NCBI RefSeq assembly: GCF_009914755.1
Contig: NC_060934.1
Strand: one strand, 5' to 3'
DNA: 64,000 bases
Source: the human T2T-CHM13v2.0 reference genome, Homo sapiens
The notes under the pieces were generated by a model. It ran no database searches. It was not told the DNA's origin and saw only the letters and a list, made by a program, of their open reading frames with translations. Below, piece by piece: positions 13,501-25,940 of this stretch (its first letter is position 1; each line of letters starts with the position of its first letter). The position numbers and the translations under genes were made by a program.

Positions 13501-15483
13501 TATTTTCACCTCTAAGTTGTCCCTTCATGTCTGTGCTCCTATAAGTCTTTTACGTGAAGAGATATTGATCTCGCAGAGAATGGGCATTTATTAATTAATA
13601 ATTAAATAAGTTCTTCTTAGGTTTTGCTAGGTTCTCTGAAATAATGAAAATTTTTCCCTGATCATTATTTTTTTCTATAAGAGATTGACCCTTTGGCCCC
13701 TTGTAGATCTAATGCTCATTTTCTAGGAGCAGAATTCATTGAAGACACAGAAATATAGTATAATTTGCCAAAGGAAAAAAAAGAGAAAGAGAAAGAAAGA
13801 AAAGTATGAAAAAATAAATTAAGCATAAGTGCTTCCAAAATATTTTTATTGTTTGTCAACTTTATTTTAGATCATTAGAGTAGGAATACAGGAAAAGGGA
13901 AAAGAAAGGCAGTCATATAGCTTTTTTGTTGTTTATGTGAATTATAGATTTTCTTAATGTACCTCTGATAATGATATAGGTATAAAGTGTGTGTTTATAT
14001 AAAATAACATTTGATGAATTACAAAGTGATTCACAAATTCTAGAATATTTTTTCAAATAATAAAAATATAAAGAAGAAAATAAAAGTAAGCAGTATTTTG
14101 TTATATCAAAATTACCACAGTAACATTTTGTTGCATTTTCTTTTATTCTTTAAATATAAGAATTGCATGCTATTTTAAAACTACTTAAACTCATTTTTCT
14201 AGCATATTATTTAATTCTTTCTAGCATATTCTTTAAGAAAATTATTAATATTAGAAAAAATAAAAAAGTTGGAATAGAAAGAAAACAGCATGCTTTGATA
14301 CACATTTTTAACAAAAATGAAAATACTAGGCACATAATGCTCTCAACAATGCTTTCTGACTTAACAATATGACATCACATTTTCATATGAATAAGCATTC
14401 ATTAATATTATTGTTAGAAATGTACTCTATTTTATCATCACAAAATTGATTCTATCTTTTTACTATGCTGATATATGGACTCTTCACCGTTCTAAAGATG
14501 AGACAACTTTGGCTCTGAGATTGTTTTTATGTGTTTTGTTGTTGTTGTTATTTGTTGTATGTGACAAATACTCAGAGTAAGGAATTAAAATCATATCTTA
14601 CACTATATTCTCTGTGTTAATCCCTACTGAGAGTCTGATGGCAAGACATTCATGCAGTTTTAATGTACCTATGGTTTATATGTAAATGTGTTTATAGTTT
14701 TGCTATATACAATTATGTCATAATATTGATTATTTTAAAATGTGGCCAGTGTCATTTTAAATTATTTTTGTTTTTATATTTTATTGCTTCATATTGCTAA
14801 CTCCAAATCAATATTAGTAATTGGATTATGTCCTCCCATAGCTTTCTCCATTTTCATATAATTATATATTGGCTATTTTATGTGATTTTAAATCAAGGAA
14901 TATATTTTCCATATACATTTCTACAGCTTGCTTCTCTCAATTCACAGCAGATCATGAACATTCTTCCCAGTAAGTTAATATGAATGTAGTAGATTCTACA
15001 TCAGTTTGAAATATAAAATTATTCCTCACGTAAGGAAAAGTTAACATATACTTGGATAGGTTCAAGTTCATTCCTATGCTCTAATAGATACTCTAACAAT
15101 CACTTCATTTTGAACAAAGTAGTAGTTGGGGGAAAATGTCTTATCATGGAGTTATAGCAATCAGTGCTAGTTGGGATGTTTATAGAAATTGTCTTGTGGG
15201 AACTTTAAAGAGAGGTTAAATTTATTAGAGATTGGAAATGATTCCAAAGGGTAACTTCGCGAGTTTAATTGTTGGAGAGCATGATGCACGTGATTTTTGA
15301 AAAATCTAAACAGGTAAAATAATAGTTGTTTAGACTATAGAGCTCCTAAATACTGACCTGGTTTGAAGGAGGTGGGGAACAAATTGTTGGCAAATAGACA
15401 TTTTTGCCTTGAGGAAAAAAAATAGAGTTTCAAAAATACTTTCTCACAAACACAATAAACAATGGTAAAAAGTATATATTTTG

Positions 15484-16008
15484 TTTCTGGGCATATGCTT
15501 AAAAGAATTGAAAGCAGGATGTCAAGGAGGTATTTGCACATCCATGTTTATAGCAGCATTATTCACACACAATAGCTAAAATGTGGAAGCAACCTACTAT
15601 CAACAAATGAATGAATAAGCAAAATATGATATATACACACAATAAAATATGATTCAGCTTTGAAAAGGAAGGACATTTTGACACATACTACAACATGGAT
15701 GAAATTTGAAGACATTATGTTAAATAAAATAAACCAGTCACAAACAAACAAATGCTGTATGATTCCCTTACATGAGACATGTAGAAAGTAGTTGAATTCA
15801 CAGAAAAGTAAAGTAAAATAGTGGCTGTCAGGGGCTTCAGGGAAAGGAAGAAAGAAGTTTAATTGGTATAGAATTTCAGATTTTCGAAATGAAAAAGTTT
15901 TGGGAATCTGTTTCACAACAGTGTGAATGTACATAAAATCTCTGAACAATACACTTAAAATGATTAAGATTGTAAATTTTTTGCCACATTAACATAATTT
16001 TTAAAAAC
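15484..16008 (+). mobile_element. L1MB 3' end
   Basis: end of ORF2 (catgtttatagcagcattattcac) plus an L1MB-type 3' UTR (gaaaaagttttgggaatctgtttcacaacagtgtgaatgtac...tacacttaaaatgattaag). Confidence 0.85.
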
Positions 16009-16635
16009 TATAGCAGCAGAAAGCAAATCAATTTCTTTGAACTGGTGAAGTTAGGGAGGGTTTGACTATCAAGGGGGATGAAGGAATATCTTGGTTCTAT
16101 TATGGTTATTCTTCCTCAGGTGTTTGGAAAAGTTTATAGAATTGCCAGCTAAAAACTGCATTTTACTGTATTTAACTTATACTTTAATTTTAAAATTATA
16201 GGCATTGGAAAAAATATATCATTCTAGTGCATAAAATTATTTTATGAAATATGAGAATGGAAAAGCGGTATTTTGAAATCAATATAGTTTGTGTTTTAAT
16301 AAAAAATTAAATGTATGTTTGCATATCTTTTTTCCTGATTTAAAATGTTTACATTTATCTTTGTAAAAGGAAAGAAAAGAAATTTAGGAGATTCTTTTCA
16401 TTAGAAATGAGTATTTCTTCTTATAGGTAAGCATATACGTGGAATTAATATACTAAAATTTATTTAACCATCTAGTTCTGATTGTTATTTAATTTGATGC
16501 AATTATGTTGTCACTCCAAAAAAAATACCTGCTATCAATATTAAATATATCCTTCTATACTTGTGCTTTTACTCACATGGTGTAAAGTCCTAAGAGTGAG
16601 CAGTAGATATATAGTGTTAATGTGATAGCTGTACC

Positions 16636-16824
16636 TTTTCTTTTCACCTTTACTGAAGTATAATTGGTATAATAAAATCAACATATAAATGGAAATATGT
16701 ATATGCTTATGTAACCATCACCACAATCCAGGTCATAAACCTATCACCTCCAAAAGTTTCCTCTGTCCCTTTGTTTTTTTTTTCTTTTGTGTGTGTTTGG
16801 TGAGGACACCTCACATGAGTTCTA
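16636..16824 (-). mobile_element. L1MA9/MA10/MB1-like 3' tip, truncated
   Basis: tttactgaagtataattgg...aaccatcaccacaatc...atcacctccaaaagtttcct. Confidence 0.7.
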
Positions 16825-18400
16825 ATGGCAGGGTCCCCAGTATGCCATACACTGGGCCAAGACCTACTTTCATTAACACTTTATTTTTTTGTTTATTCTC
16901 TGCTCTGCAGTATAAAGATATTGTTGAAAATGTAGAAATGACTTGCAGCTATGGGTAAAAGTGATGAGAAAAAGAGAAAGCATTAATGTTTATCTATAGC
17001 ACAGAAAGTCAAGATGTTGGACAAACTAGATGGAGGTGTAAGAGTAAAATATCTTACAGAAGAGTACAGTGTTGGAATGACCATTGTATGTGACCTGAAG
17101 AAACAAAAGGATAAACTGTTGAAGCTCTATGCTGAAAGTGATGAACAGAAGTTAGTGAAAAATAGAAAAACAAGGCATAACATTTAAATGGAGATATTGA
17201 TCATGTATTGAAAGACTGGATTCATCATTTCCCAGTGAATATATGCTACTTATTGGTGCGCTGATCATAAAACAAGAAAGATCTATCATAAGGAACTGAA
17301 AATTGAAGGAGAGTGTGAATATTCAACCAGCTGGTTGCAGAAATTTAAGAAAAGATACAGTATTAAATATTTAAATTTTGTGGTGATAAAGCCCCTGCTG
17401 ATGACAAATCAACAAAGGAATTCATTGACAAGTTTGTCAAGGTCATCACTGATGAACATCTGATGGAAGAACAAGGCTATAATGCTGATGAAACATCACC
17501 ATTTTGGCATTACTGCCCCAGAAAGAAAGCTGGTGAGACAGCCCCTACAGGAATTAAGAATGCCAAGGATAGAATAGCTGTTCTGGGATGTGCTAATGCA
17601 GCAGGCACACATAAATGTAAACTTGCTGTAGTAGGCTAAAGCTTGCATAGTCGCTACTTTCAAGTAATGAATATCTCACAAGTCTATTATTATGCTGGGA
17701 AAAGGTATAGTTAACCAGAAACATCTTTTCTAACTGGTGTCATAAACATTTTGTAGCAGCAGCTTGTACTTACTTCAGGGAAGCTGGACTAGATGATGAC
17801 TGCATGATTTTTTTATTACTTGAAAACTATTCTTCTCATCTTCCAGCTGAAATTCTCATACAAAATAATATGTATGCATGCAATTTTCCCCAAATGTGAC
17901 TTTATTCCTTCAGCCATGTGACAAGGGTATCCTTAGATCAATAAGAGTAAATATAAAACACTTTCTTGAACAGGATGCTAGTAACACTGAACAGAGGCAT
18001 GAATGCAGAAGGTAATCAAAAGGAATTTAGTACAAAGGATACTATATTTGCTGTTGCCAATGCTTGAAATACAGTGATTGAAGACATAGTTGTGCATGCC
18101 TGCCACAACCACTAGCCTGAGACTTTGCTCAATGATGATAAAAACAAGGTCATGACTTTAAAGGATTCTGTATGTCAAGTCAGAAAAAAATAATTTTTAA
18201 CCTCCTTACACCTGAAAACATATACCTTCAGGGTCTGTAATTAAGCCAGAAGTGCATATTGAAGAAGTTTTTAACATTAATGAGGATCCAGTTGTTCATT
18301 AATTTACTCATGGTAAAATAGCCAAAATAATTCTGAATTAAGGTGAATGTGATAACAGTGATGACAAAGATGATGTTAAAAATTGTAGAAAAAAATGCCT
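16823..18400 (+). mobile_element. Tigger4 (Zombi) DNA transposon, 5' part, with decayed pogo/Jerky-like transposase; left TIR missing
   Basis: Translates in shifting frames to KKRKH.CLSIAQKVKML (HTH), GWLQKFKKR, NADET (17481), LENYSSHLP (~17819) and QPCDKG (17911); stops and frameshifts throughout; ends at gatgatgttaaaaattgtagaaaaaaatgcct. Confidence 0.85.
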
Positions 18401-19990
18401 GAAAATGTGGAAGTGATTTTGGAACCAGGTAACAGGCAGGAGTTGGAACACTTTGGAGGGCTCAGAAGAAGATAGGAAGATGTGGAAAAATTTGGAACTT
18501 CCTAGAAACATGTTGAATGGTTTTGACCAAAATGCTAATAGTGATATCACCAAAGAAGTCCAGGCTGAAGTGGTCTCAGATGTAGATGATGAACTACATA
18601 ATCAGAACTGGAGTAATGGCCACTCTTGCTATGCTTTAGCAAAGGTACTAGTGGGATTTTGCCCCTGCCCTAGAGATCTGTGGAACTTTGAACTTGAAAG
18701 AGATGATTTAGGGTATCTGGCAGAAGAAATTTCTAAGCAGCAAAGCATTCAAGAGGAAGCAGAACATAAACGTTTGGAAAATTTGCAGCCTGATGATGCA
18801 ATAGAAAAGAAAAAACCCATTTTCTGGGGAGAAATTCAAGCCTGCTGCAGAAATTCGATTAAGTAATGAGGCACACAATGCTAATTTCCACGACAATGGA
18901 GAAAATGCCTCCAGGGCATGTCAGAGACCTTCATGGCAGCCCCTCCCATCACAGACCTGGAGGCCTAGGAGGGAAAAATGGTTACATGGCCTGGACCCAG
19001 GGTCCCCATGCTCTGTGCAGCTTGAGACATGGTGCTTGGCATCCCAGATGCTTCAGTTCCACTCATGGCTAAAAGGGGCCAATGTACAGCTTGGGCCATT
19101 GCTTCACAGGGTGCAAGCCCCAAGCCTTGGCAGCTTCCATGTGATGTTGAGCCTGTGGGTGCAAAAAAGTCAAGAATTCTTGTTTGGGAACCTCCACCTA
19201 TATTTCAGAGGATGTATGGAAATGCCTGGATGTCTAGGCAGAAGTTTGCTTCAGGAGCGGAGCCCTCATAGAGAACCTCCACTAGGGCAATGTGGAATGG
19301 AAATGTGAGGTTAGAGCCCCAACACAGAGTCTCCACTGGGGCACTGCCTAGTAGAGCTGTGAGAAGAGACCCATCATCCTCCAGACCCTAGAATGGTAGA
19401 TCCACTGATAACTTGTAAAATGTGTCAATGTTAACCCATGGAAGCAGCTGGGAGGGTGGCTGTACCCTGCAGAGCCATAGGGGTGGAGCTGCCCAAGGCT
19501 GTGAGAGCCCACCTGTTTCATCAATGTGACCTAGATGTGAGACATGGAGTCAAAGGAGATCATTTTAGAATGTTAAGATTTGACTGCCCTGCTGTTTTTC
19601 AGACTTACATGGGGCCTGTAGCCCCTTCATTGGCTAATTTCTCCATTTGGAGTGCTGTACTCCCATTGTATCTAGGAAGTAACTAATTTGCTTTTGATTT
19701 TACAGGCTTATAGGTGGAAGAGACTTGCCTTGTCGCAGATGAGACTTTGGACTTGGACTTTTGGGTTAATGCTGGAATGACTTAAGACTTTGAGGTACTG
19801 ATGGAAAGGCATGATTATGTTATGAAATGTGAGGACATGAGATATGGGAGAGGCCAGGGATGGAATGATATAGTTTGGCTGTGTCCCTGCCCAAAATTTC
19901 ATCTTGAATTGTAATCCCCATAATTCCCATTATCCCCACATATCAAGGGCAGGACCTGGTGGGTGGAGGCAATTCGATCATGGGGATGGG
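18398..19990 (+). mobile_element. THE1 (C/D-like) MaLR: internal region plus first ~125 bp of the 3' LTR; 5' LTR absent
   Basis: starts at internal cctgaaaatgtggaag...ggagggctcagaagaaga; polypurine tract, then LTR start tgatatagtttggctgtgtcc at 19866; stops abruptly at 19990. Confidence 0.92.
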
Positions 19991-22900
19991 TCAAATGGTA
20001 TTTCTGCTTCTAGATTTTTGAGGAATCACCACACTGTCTTTCACAGTGGTTGAACTAAATTACATTCCCTCCAACAGTGTAAAAGTGTTCCTTTTTCTCA
20101 GGAAACCCATCAGCATCTGTTATTTCTTGACTTTTTAATAATTGCCATTCTGACTGGCATGAGATAGTACCTCATTGTGGTTTTGATTTGCATTTCTCTA
20201 ACGATCAGTGATGTTAAGCTTTTTTTCATATGTTTGTTGACTGCATGGATTTCTTCTTTTAAGAAGTGTCTCTTCATGTCCTTTGCCCACTTTTTATGGG
20301 ATTGTTTGTTTTTTTTCATGTAAATTTGTTTAACTTCCTTCCTGGATATTATACCTTTGTCAGATGGATAGATTGCAAAAATTTCCTCCAATTCTGTAGG
20401 TTGTCTGTTCACCCTGATGGTAGTTTCTTTTGCTGTGCAGATGTTCTTTAGTTTAATTATATCCCATTTGTCAATTTTTGCTTTTGTTGCAATTGCTTTT
20501 GGTGTTTTCTTTACGAAATCTTTGCCCATGCCTAAGTCCTGAATGGTATTGCCTGGATTTTTTTCTAGGGTTTTTATAGTTTTTTGTTTTACATTTAAGT
20601 CTTTAATCCACCTTGAGTTAATTTTTTATATAAGCTTTAAGTAACGGGTCCAGTTTCAACTTCCTGCATATGGCTAGCTTTTTCTCCGAGCACCATTTGT
20701 TGAAAAGGCAATCCGATCCCCATTGCTTGTTTTTGTCAGGTTTGTCAATGATCAGATAGTTGTAGGTGTGTGGTCTTAATTCTGGGTTCTCGATTCTGTT
20801 TCATTGGTCTATGTGTCTGTTTTTATACCAGTACCATCCTGTTTTGGTTACTGTAGCCTTGTAGTGTAGTTTGAAGTCAGGTTGTGTGATGCCTCCAACT
20901 TCGTTCTTTTTACTTAAGATTGAATTGGCTATACAGTCTCTCTCATGGTTCCATGTAAATTTTAAAATACTATTTTTTCTAATTCTGTGAAGAATGTCAA
21001 TGGTGTTTAATGTAATCTATAAATAACTTTGGGCAGTGTGGCTATTTTCATGATATTGATTTTTCCTGCCCATAAGCATAAAATGTTTTTGCATTTGTTT
21101 GTGTCCTCTTTGATTTCCTTAAGGAATGGTTTGTAGTTCTCCTGGAAGAGGTCCTTCACTTCTCTTGTTAGCTGTATTCCTAGATATTTTATTCTCTTTG
21201 TGGCAGTTGTGATTGGGAGTTAATTCATAACAAATTATGAATTAGAAGCTCTTTGCTTGTCTGTTGTTGGTTTATAGGAATGCTTGTGATTTCTGCACGT
21301 CGATTTTTTATTCTGAGACTTTGCTGAAGTTGCTTATCAGCTTAGGAAGCTTTTGGGCTGAGATGATGGGGTTTTGTAGATATAGGATCATGCCATCTGC
21401 AAACAAAGACAATTTGACTTCCTCTCTTCCTATTTGAATGCACTTTATTTCTTTCTCTTGCCTGATAACCCTGGCCAGAACTTCCAATACTATGTTGAAT
21501 AAGAGTGGTGAGAGAGGGCATCCTTGTCTTCTGCTGGTTTTCAAGGGGAAAGATTCCAGCTTTTGCCTATTCAGTATGATATTGGCTATGGGTTTGTCAG
21601 ATATGGCTCTTATTGTTTTAAGATATATTTCTTCAATACCTATTTTATTGAGAGTTTTTAACATGGAGGGATATTGAATTTTATTCAAGGCCTTTTCTGT
21701 ATCTATTGAGATAATCATGCGGTTTTTGTCTTTAGTTCTGTTTCTGTGATAAATTACATTTATTGATTTGTATATGTTGAACCAAACCTGCATCCCAAGG
21801 ATGAAGCCAACTTGATCATGGTGGATAAGCTTTTTGATGTGCTGCTGAAGTCCGTTTGCCAGTATTTTATTGAGGAAGATTTTTGCATCAGTGTTCATCA
21901 GGGATACCGGCCTGAAGTTTTGTTGTTGTTGTTGTTGTATCTCTGCCAGGTATTGGTAGGATGATGCTGGCCTCATAAATTGAGTTAGGGAAGAGTCCTT
22001 CGTTTTCAATTATTTGGAATAGTTTAAGTAGAAATTGTACCAGCTTCTCTTTGTACCTCTGGTATAATTCAGCTGTAAATCCATCTAGTCCTGGGCTTTT
22101 TTTGTTGGTAGGCTATTTAGTACTGCCTCAATTTCAGAACTCCTTATTCATCTATTTACGGATTCAATTTCTTCCTGGTTCAGTCTTGGGAGGGTGCATG
22201 GATCCAGGAATGTATTCATTTGTTCTGGATTTTCTAGTTTATGTACATAGAGGTGTTTATAGTATTCTGTGATGGTTATTTGTATTTCTGTGGGGTTAGT
22301 GGTGATCTCTCCCTTATTTCTGATTGTGTCCATTTGATTCTTCTCTCTTTTCTTCTTTTTGATTCTAGCTAGCAGTCTAACTACTTAATTATTTTTTTCA
22401 AAAGCCAGTTCCTGGATTCACTGATTTTTTTAAAGGGTTTTTCTTATCTCTAGCTCCTTTGGGTATGCTCTGATTTTGGTTATTTATTGTCTTCTGCTAG
22501 CTTTGGAGTTTGTTTGCTCTTGGTTCTCTAGTTCTTTTAGTTGTGATGTTAGGTTATTGACTTGAGATCTTTCTAGGTTTTTGGTGTGGTCATATAGTGC
22601 TATAAATTTCCCTCTGAACACTGCTTTAGCTGCAACCCAGAAATTTTGGTATGTTGCCTTATTGTTCTTATTAGTTTCAAAGAACTTCTTGATTTTTGCC
22701 TTAATTTCATTATTTACCCAGGAGTCATTTAGGAGCAGGTTATTCAATTTCCATGTAGTTGTGCGGTTGGGATATGTTTCTTAATCTTGAATTCTAATTT
22801 GATTGTGTGGTGGTCTGCAAAACTGTTTGTTATGATTTCAGTTCTTTTGCATTTGCTGAGGGGGTGTTTTGCTTCCAATTAAGAAATCAATTTAAAGTAA

Positions 22901-24202
22901 GTTTCATGTGGCAATGAGAAAAACATATATCTGTTGTTTTGGGGTGGAGAGTTCTGTAGATATCTATCAGGTCCACTTGATCCAGAGCTCAGTTCAGGTC
23001 CTGAATATGTTTGTTAATTTCCTGTCTCGATGATCTGTCTAACATTATCAGTGGGAGGTTAAAGCCTCCCACAATTATTGTGTAGGAGTCTAAATCTTTA
23101 AGGTCTCTAAGAACTTGTTTTATGAATCTATGTGCTCCTGTATTGGGTGCATATATATGTACGATAGTTAGCTCTTTTTGGAGAATTGAACCCTTTACAA
23201 TTATGTAATTCCCTTCTTTGTCTTTTTTGATCTTTGTTTGTTTAAAATGTTGTGTTGTGTCATAAACTACGATTGCAACCCCTGCTTTTTTCTGTTTTCT
23301 TACTTGCTTGGTAAACATTCCTCCATCCTTTTATATTGAGGCTATGTGTGGCTTTGCATGTGAGATTTGTCTCTTGCAGACAGCACACTGATGTGGCTTG
23401 ACTCTATACAGCTTGCCATTCTGTGTCTTTTAATTGGGGCATTTGAACTATTTACATTTAAGGTTAATATTGTTATGTGTGAATTTGATCCTGTCATTAT
23501 GATGCTAGCTGATTATTTTGCAGACTTGTTTATGTAGTTGCTTCATGTTATCACTAGTCTGAGTACTTTGGTGTGTTTATGTAGTGGCTGGTGGTTTTTC
23601 CTTTCTACATTTAGTGTTTTCTTCAGGAGCTCTTGCAGGGCAGGGCAGGGCAGGGGTGATGAATTCCTTCAAGGTTTGCTTGTCTGAAAAGGATCTTATT
23701 TCTCCTTTAGTTATGAAGCTTAGTTTGACTGGGTATGAAATTCTGGGTTGGAAATTCTTTTATGTAAGATTGTTAACTATGAGCCCCCAATCTCTTCTGG
23801 CTTGTAGGGTTTCCACTGAAAGGCTTGCTTTTAGTCCGATTGGATTCTCTTTGTAGGTGATCTGGCCTTTCTCTCTGGCTGCCCTTAATGTTTTTTCTTT
23901 CATTTACACCTTGGATAATTTGATAATTATATGTCTTGGGGTTGATCTTCTTGTGGAGTAAGTTACTGTGGCTCTCTGGATTTCCTGAATTTGAATGTTA
24001 TTCTATCTTCCTAGGTGGGGAAGTTCTCCTGGATATCATAAAGTATGTTTTCCAGCTTGGTTCTATTCTTCCCGTCCCTTTCAGGTACCCCAATAAGTAA
24101 TTGGTTCAGTCTTTTTACATAATCTCATATTTCTCAAAGGTTTTGTTCATTCCTTTTCATTCTTTTTTCTGTATTCTCGTCTGCCTGTCTTATTTCTGAA
24201 AG
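19987..24202 (-). mobile_element. Primate L1 (older L1PA/L1PB-like), ORF1 3' half plus ORF2, disrupted, 3' end missing
   Basis: ORF fragments are L1 ORF2p: EN (IYAPNTGA, GGFN; 22989-23318), RT ([25 protein letters not shown]; 21308-22009), C-terminal region (20110-20529); no 3' UTR or poly-A. Confidence 0.95.
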
Positions 24203-25791
24203 TGTATTAGTCCATTCTCATGCTACTATGGAGAAATATCCAAGAACTGGTAATTTATGAACAAAAGAGCTTTTATTGATTCACAGTTCTGTATAGCTTT
24301 GAGGCTTCAGGAAACTTACAATCATTGTGGAAGGCACCTCTTCACAGGCAGGCAGAAGAGAAAATGAGTGCCAGCAGAGGAAATGCCAGATGCTTATGAA
24401 ACCATCAGATCTCATGAGAACTTACTCACTATCATGAGAACAGCATGGGGGAAACCACGCCCATGATTCAATTACCTCCCACCAGGTCCCTTGCATGACA
24501 TGTGTGGCTTATGGGGATTAAAATTCAATATGGGATTTGCGTAGGGATATAGCCAAACCATATCATTCCACCCCTGGCATCTCCCAAATCTCATGTCCTC
24601 ACATTTCAAAACACAGCCATTCCTTTTCAACAGTTCCTCAAAGTCTTAACTCATTCCAGCATTAACCCAAAAGTCAAGTCCAAAGTCTCATCTGAGACAA
24701 GGGAAGTCCCTTCCACCCATGAGCCTGTAATATCAAAAGCAAGTTAGTGACTTCCTAGATACAATAGGGGTACTGGAATTGGGTAAATACACCCATTCCA
24801 AGTGGTAGAAGTTGGCCAAGATGAAGGGGCTACAGGACCCACGTAAGTCTGAAATCCAGTGGGACACTCAGATCTTAAAGCTCTAAAATGATCTCCTTTG
24901 ACTCCATGTCTCACATCCAGGTCACACTGATGCAAGAGAGGTGGTCTTTCATGGCCTTAAGCATTTCTGTGCCTGTGGCTTTGCATGGTACAACCCCCCT
25001 CCCAGCTGCTTTCACAGCTGGCATTGAGTGTCTGCGGATCTTCCAGGCACATGGTGCAATCTGTTGGTGGATCTATCATTGTTGGGTCTGGAAAACAGTG
25101 GCCCTCTTTTCACAGTCCACTAGGCAATGCTCCAGTGAGAACTCTGTGTGGGGTCTCCGACCCCATATTTCCCTTCTGCACTGCCCTAGCAGAGGTTCTT
25201 CATGAGTGCTCTGCCCCTGCAGCAAACCTCTGCCTGGCATTCAGGCATTTCCATACATCCTCTGAAGTCTAGGTGGAGGTCCCCAAACCTCAATTCTTTT
25301 CTTCTGTGCACCTGCAGGCCCAACAGTATGTGGAAGCCACTAAGGCTTGAAACTTGTACCCTCTGAAGCAATGGCCGGAGCTGTACCTTGGCCCCTTTTT
25401 GCCATGGCTGGAGTGGCTGGGATGCAGGACACCAAGTCCTAAGGGTGGACAGAGCAGGGAGGACCTGGACCCAGTGCAAGAAACCATTTTTCCCTCCTAG
25501 GCCTCCAGGCCTGTGATAGGAGGAGCTGCTGTGAAGGTCTCTGACGTGCCCTAGAGTCATTTCCCATTGTCTTGGAAATTAGCATTTGGCTCCTCATTAA
25601 TTATGCAAATTTCTGTAGCAAGCTTGTATTTCTCCCCAGAAAATGGGATTCTCTTTTCTACTGCATGGTTAGGCTGCAAATTTCCCAAACTTTTATGCTC
25701 TGCTTCCTCTTGAATGCTTTGCTGCTTAGAAATTCCTTCCACCAGATACCCTAAATCATCTCTCTCAAGTTCAAATTTTCACAGATCTCTA
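24203..25791 (-). mobile_element. THE1 (C/D-like) MaLR: complete 3' LTR (24203-24565) plus truncated internal region
   Basis: tgtattagtccattctcatg...gccaaaccatatca LTR; internal sequence is homologous in inverted orientation to 18670-19865; cut at cagatctcta. Confidence 0.93.
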
Positions 25792-25940
25792 CTAATTTTG
25801 TGTTGAATTTGTTCTTGCTTTTCTACTTTTTAAAAATACATAATTAGGTTGTATATTTGAAGTTTTTTTTTTTAATTTTTTGCCATAGGCATTTATTGCT
25901 AGAAACTTCCCTCTTAGTATTGCTTTTGCTGTATCCCAGA
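25788..25940 (-). mobile_element. L1MA-type ORF2 fragment (5' half of a split element)
   Basis: minus strand reads tctgggatacagcaaaagcaatactaagagggaagttt...caacacaaaattagtaga. Confidence 0.85.

Noticed and set aside
16636-16824. Idea that this L1 3' tip is the other half of the L1 at 28480-31210 that hosts Tigger4
   Set aside because: Orientation fits after un-inverting, but the subfamily styles look different and kilobases are missing; not supportable by eye.
18338-19902. ORFs up to 137 aa
   Set aside because: Remnants of the MaLR internal ORF in THE1-int, mirrored at 24744-25754.
20110-23318. ORFs with reverse transcriptase and endonuclease motifs
   Set aside because: Broken pieces of an ordinary L1 ORF2 (LFADGM instead of FADD); not a novel RT system or an active element.
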